This document shows positions 58,988 through 64,000 of a DNA stretch of 64,000 bases, piece by piece. This DNA is from Ostrea edulis (taxonomy: Eukaryota): contig NC_079164.1 of assembly GCF_947568905.1 (NCBI RefSeq), positions 92,008,001-92,072,000 on the forward strand, read 5' to 3'. Position 1 is the stretch's first letter. Every line of letters starts with the position of its first letter. The notes under the pieces are model-generated. The model did no database searches. It was not told the origin of the DNA and worked only from the letters and a program-made list of their open reading frames with translations. Position numbers and translations under genes: made by a program.

Positions 58988-61500
58988 TAATTTAATGCAA
59001 GAGACAAAGATACTAACCTTCGTTTATCAAAATGTACATAAACTCGGAAAAATACAAGTCAACTGAGCCGCGCAATGATTCACTTAGCAACAACGACGAA
59101 GTGTCTAGCTGTGAAGGTCGACATCTTTAATCTTAGTTCTATGGAGCCTAGCCTATTTATCAAAATATTGTATTGAAGGTGAAGTTTGTCATGATAGAAA
59201 ATACGTGTAGATACTAGACTATCCATGCAATGTGTATTTCGCTGACCTTTAGAGAAAGACATTGACTTTGAAGTCGCTCATCTCAGACAAATTGAGAAAA
59301 TACGGGAAATTGGATTGTTTAGGCCTACCCAAAATAAATCTTCAAATATCAGAAAATGCAATAATTTACGGCTTTTAACTCTGCGAAAACTTCTACTACA
59401 TGAAAACTTACCCTTGCATACAACGTTATCGCTAATAGTAAATCCAACACAAGTAAATATGTCTAAGCAAGTGACAAATCACGATCCACATGTCAATTTG
59501 ACGTCATGTAATAAAATGTGACGTATGAATTTTTGTTTGCTTTGATGAAAGGCGGATCAAGCAATGAAACACCCCCACCCCCCTTTTCCCCAGTGAGAAA
59601 TATATTTCAAAATGAACAGGGCAATGCTTACTTGGTAAATCATTGATTCGAATATAATATTGTTTTAATCTATTATTTGACCATCATACAGAGAAAGATG
59701 TTTTACAACAGTGATTTGCGTACAAGTAAATGCTAACATGTGTATCAAACCGAAGTATCTTATTGTACGTGTTGACTTTCTATCCCATGGAAGGCTAAAA
59801 ACAGTGCTGCGATGTAAATTTAGAGAGAGAAAAAAAAATAGTTCAGGCTTCTGGTTGTCAAGGCGGTGTGTCCCATACCAAACCAGGTTATACAAAAATA
59901 ACCTGTGTTCCTCAATTGGAATTTGACCAATCAGAGACAAGGATACAATAAGAATTAAATTATATATAGCTTTAAAAAGCTATATGAAATAGCTTGAATT
60001 AACTATTTCAAAACTTTTATGAAATAAATTTCTGAAAACCAAAAAATTGAATTTCACTGCATGAGTGAAAATTTGTTTTTATCTAATATATGTATTCCAT
60101 GCAACACATTAAAAACTATCCTATCTTCAGCATAGACTAAAAGTCCCATGATCGAGGATCAACAGTATAAAGGATTATTTAAGGCAATTGGATTCCACCA
60201 TGTGAAGTCATCATGCTTATTTATGCTTCAATGCACACAGGATAGTGGTCAATTAACAAAACAAAGAAAATGTTCTGTTCATGAAAATTCTTAAAACGAC
60301 ATACTGAGTCAGGGATTTATTTAAGTTTTTTTTACAAATGGTAAAGGGTACCTTTCCCCCTTTGACAACAAATGATTATTTTCCCTTCCACAGTTGAAAA
60401 TTTCCCTTCAATTGTTGAAACTACACAAAACTGTATGAGAATTATAACAAAAATCATTTTTATTAATATTCTAAGTCATTTTCTCTATAATTATCAAAGT
60501 CGTACGATAAAAATAATGATCAGTAATCAATCAATTTATATGCCTGTTTTGAGATATCATAATCTGAAGATGTCCCCCACCACCCCACTCTTGGGAGCTA
60601 ATGTGACTGCATTCTCAAAAATTCCCCCCAAAATTAAAATGGGTTGTAACATCTAAAAGCTGGATAAAATCCAGGGAGTACTGTTGTTCTGAACCGTATT
60701 TAAAAAAATAGTGTTATGGCTAATTCAAAGTATAAACATGTTAAAAAATTATTATGCACCTTTTTGACTAGGCCATTGATTTAATCTAATGGAATCTAAA
60801 CTAGCTTAATCAAGCTATTTCAATTAGCTTTATAAAGCTATATAGCTTAATAAAGAAAAATAGCTAAATATAGAGATTGTGGTGGACCTGATTATAGATA
60901 TACAGTGTTCAGTAGCAGCAGAACTTAGTTATGGTGAAAAATGGTTAATGCTAATCCCCCCACCCCCGTGAGTTCTGCATGCAGCTATAGGTATAGACTA
61001 CTACAATGTTTTATTGTTGTAATGATAGATATCCGATGGACCCAATTTTCATGGTGAGAGGACCAAGCTAGGCCACAATTATTCTAACTAGGTATTGACC
61101 AGACCCAATGTTACACCCAAGCAGGTCAAAATTTTGAGTCTGCTTTGGGTTAGCTGTGGGTTCACTAGGAGTCGTGCTTCTCTTAGTCAGCTTCAGAGCA
61201 GACTCTGGGTTTGCTTTTAAAGTATAATTTGTTCTTTCATGCATGAGGTATTCCTGGAGTCAGCTGACCCAGCTTTAAGCTTAATCACAAATGTACTCTG
61301 AATACACATTTTTGAAAGCAAAGTTGAAGAATACTTAGTGAGACTCCATACAGAAGTGAATTTTTTTCATTGCTGGTCATTAAATAGTGATAACAAAGAG
61401 AAAATCTTCTGCAAAACATGGACAGATATCAAATCCTGAATATTTCTGAAATGTACAAATTTAGGCAGAATTTTTTTGTTTTCAGGTTGTGATATTGATA

Positions 61501-62582
61501 CTGTTTACAGGGTTATTTTCGCCTTGTGTTATTTTTGCAGATAGTTTCACCCCTTTTTAAATTTGCCCAGATATACAGGTGACTCTCGATGGCTCGAAGT
61601 TCAATCTCTCGAAGTTCTCGGTCTCTGGAAGTGAAATCATGGTCCCGATTTTTCTCTCTGTATAACAAAGCAAATTTACTATCGAACGTTCGATCTCTCG
61701 AAGTGAAGTTGGGTCCCGTAAAACACATTTCATTGTTTTTCACTCTCGATCTCTCGAAGTGGTGGTAGCGTATACCCACCGTTACCCAAGCGTGTAATAA
61801 TTTCTGCTTGAACCTTACCTGGATTTTGTTGAATGCTGGAGGGGTAATTAGGTGTTTACATAGTTGAAACATTGCTGTGCTTCTGTGTGGAGGTGACACA
61901 CTTGAGTATATAATTGGCTAATTGGTTGCTTTACACATTACACTGGGGTTTTGTGTTGTGATGATTAAAAAAAAAACTATATATAATCCGACTATGAATA
62001 AAATCTATAATTTGTTTTGACTTGACAATGAGAGAGTAAGTTTTATACATAATTTAGAGATCTACAGTTTGTTCTTTATGTAAAGTTACTCTAAAACATC
62101 GTTTTACTCATTCATTAGAATTTTTGCTTTTGGTAAATCGACATAACATTGTGTTCTGTTTAGTTTGAGATAGTAAAGTGTCATCGGAACTTGGTTTTGT
62201 ATGCCTATCTAAGCATGATTAAAGAACAAATAAATACCTAAACTTTAAAATGTTTTTATTAATGCAAAATAAGATTTTTTATTTTGATATCAAATTAACT
62301 ACCTGACGAATATGAAGGAAAACATGTCAAAACAATATCATATGATCTTGTTGGTATACATTTCCAGTTACTGTAAAATCTTAACCATACCGGCGGACCG
62401 TCAATTTCCGAATTTCGAACTTTCGATTTCTCAAAGTTTTATCAAGGTCCCTTGAACTTAGAGTTATCGAGAGTCACCTGTAGTTGTGTTAAAAGAGAGA
62501 TATGAGAGAAATTAGTTTTGCCCACTCTTAATTTCGCCCAGTGACAAAAATAAAACGAGGGCGAATATTTCCCTGTATACAA
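61501..62582. mobile_element. TA-flanked Tc1/mariner-type MITE (host of a nested insertion)
   Basis: CTGTTTACAGGGTTATTTTCGCC ... GGCGAATATTTCCCTGTATACAA, with TA on both sides. Confidence 0.7.
61576..62480. mobile_element. Pogo/Tigger-like non-autonomous element nested in the previous MITE
   Basis: Perfect 15-bp TIR CAGGTGACTCTCGAT, TA TSD and subterminal CTCGAAGT repeats. Confidence 0.85.
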
Positions 62583-63226
62583 TATACTCCTCCTTTTTCC
62601 ATAAATTCTTTATAGGGCTGAAGCAGTAAGCCCCTATACAATACAATGTGTATTGCAATACTTATTCCACGTGTGGTATATTTTATAGAAGAAACAAATA
62701 ATAACTGTCAAAGAAAAGATTTTTAACAAAATGCTTCTAAACCACTAAATGGCTCTGTAGTTTGACTTGTTTAAGTTCATGATTGTTTTTGTCAGACTTG
62801 TGGCTGACAACAGTCTGGATCCTTTTGCACATTTAAACTTAGTTAAGGTTAACTGACAGTTAACTTCTAGGAGTCAATGGCAAGTGAAATGTCAGTTAAA
62901 TTAACCTTCATATAAAAATGATATGTACAAGTCAAGCCTAATGTATTTAACTGAACCTGACTTTAAAAAAACCCATAGTGAACGAAGATCGAGGCAGTGA
63001 ATTGAAGATTGAAATGAGCGTTTGTATTAAATGGTATCGATATTTCGGTGAATCGTTTCAGCACTAGTTCTTTAGGCTGTGTGATCTGACATCCTCCCGT
63101 CTAATCTGACATTCTGTCTAATCTGACATGTAATTTTTCTCTCGGGGCATATCAGATTAAACAGGTTTCACTGTATGTGATTTACATTGTCATTAATATT
63201 TTTGTTTTGTTTGTTGCAGTGTAAAA

Positions 63227-63970
63227 ATGGGAGTAAGGGGATTATTATCCCACTGCTTGCAGAGGAGAGATGAATGTGTTGAAGAGATAGATTTAGTATC
63301 TTTAGCAAGAAACGAAGGTGGCATTGAAATTCTTGTGGACTTTTACTCCTTTGAACACATGGTTCTTCCTAAATTCTGGAAGGGATTAAGCAACCTTAGA
63401 TACAATGACTATCTGAGAATACTCGGAGGTGAATATGGATCAATCGAAACATTTATTAGAAGATTTGTTGAAATTTTCAAGCAGTTAAAGATCTCTTTTG
63501 TGTTCTTCTTGGATGCTACAAAAGGCTGTTCAGATGCCAATACACAGCAGAAGCTAGACACCTGGATGAAGAGACATAACAAAGACGTCGACAGTTTGAA
63601 TGAAGTAATAAATGTGTGCCGAGGAACAACAGATATATCAAAATTAGAAGAACAAATGTTCATCAGACCTGTTTGTTTAGAAGTGCAGGTTGTTGAAACA
63701 TTAAAATCCTGTGGATGTGAATTAATTCAAAGTGTGACGGGGGAAGCAGACTTCATGATTGCAAAAGCTCTGCATGACCGCGAAAAGGCTTTTGCCGTAT
63801 GGAGTAATGATTCAGATTTTTGTATTTTCAGTAACTGCAGATTTATTCCCAATGAATTGTTCGATATTAACAACAGCCTTCAGTTAGGCCTTCCGATTGA
63901 TGTTCCAATGAAACCTGAGTCGCTTATGTGTGGAATAATCTCTACTGAAAAAGTCATGAACACATTTGGG
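63227..63970 (+). CDS. Asteroid/FAM120-type XPG-like PIN-domain protein, first coding exon (continues past the window)
   Basis: 248 open codons ending at a GTATGT donor: MGVRGL, ILVDFYS, LGGEY, VFFLD, GEADFMIA and WSNDSDFCIF. Absent from the ORF track because no stop falls inside the window. Confidence 0.88.
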
Positions 63971-64000
63971 GTATGTATTCTTAATAGTCAAGATATGAGA

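Overview
AT-rich, intron-containing animal DNA. The repeat families (Helentron-type elements carrying a ~166-bp HindIII-type satellite, tRNA-SINEs, Penelope-like 3' ends) point to an oyster-like bivalve; this is inferred, not proven. I reconstructed seven spliced protein-coding loci by hand from GT/AG sites and codon phase: the 3' part of TMEM132 (+), a Tctex1-domain dynein light chain (+), a three-exon CBM20 glycogen/starch-binding protein (-), RSRC2 (-), a FAAP20-like UBZ protein (+) that the ORF track misses entirely, SLC33A1 (-), and the first coding exon of an asteroid/FAM120-type PIN nuclease (+) that runs off the window. Introns and intergenic DNA are full of MITEs, SINEs, LINE/Penelope fragments, nested insertions and minisatellites. 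The most unusual signals are: (i) a cluster of miniature LTR retroelements (TRIMs) whose LTRs carry tRNA-like Pol III promoters, with PBS, PPT and a 4-bp TSD (54.3-57.5 kb); (ii) a TGTAG...CTACA-bounded 139-bp element carrying a 5S rRNA internal promoter (51.5 kb); (iii) the FAAP20-like gene sharing an apparently interleaved promoter with RSRC2; (iv) a TAG...CTA TIR family that appears to carry interchangeable minisatellite cargo; and (v) repeated tandem amplification of splice signals. All family assignments are from motif recognition, not database searches.
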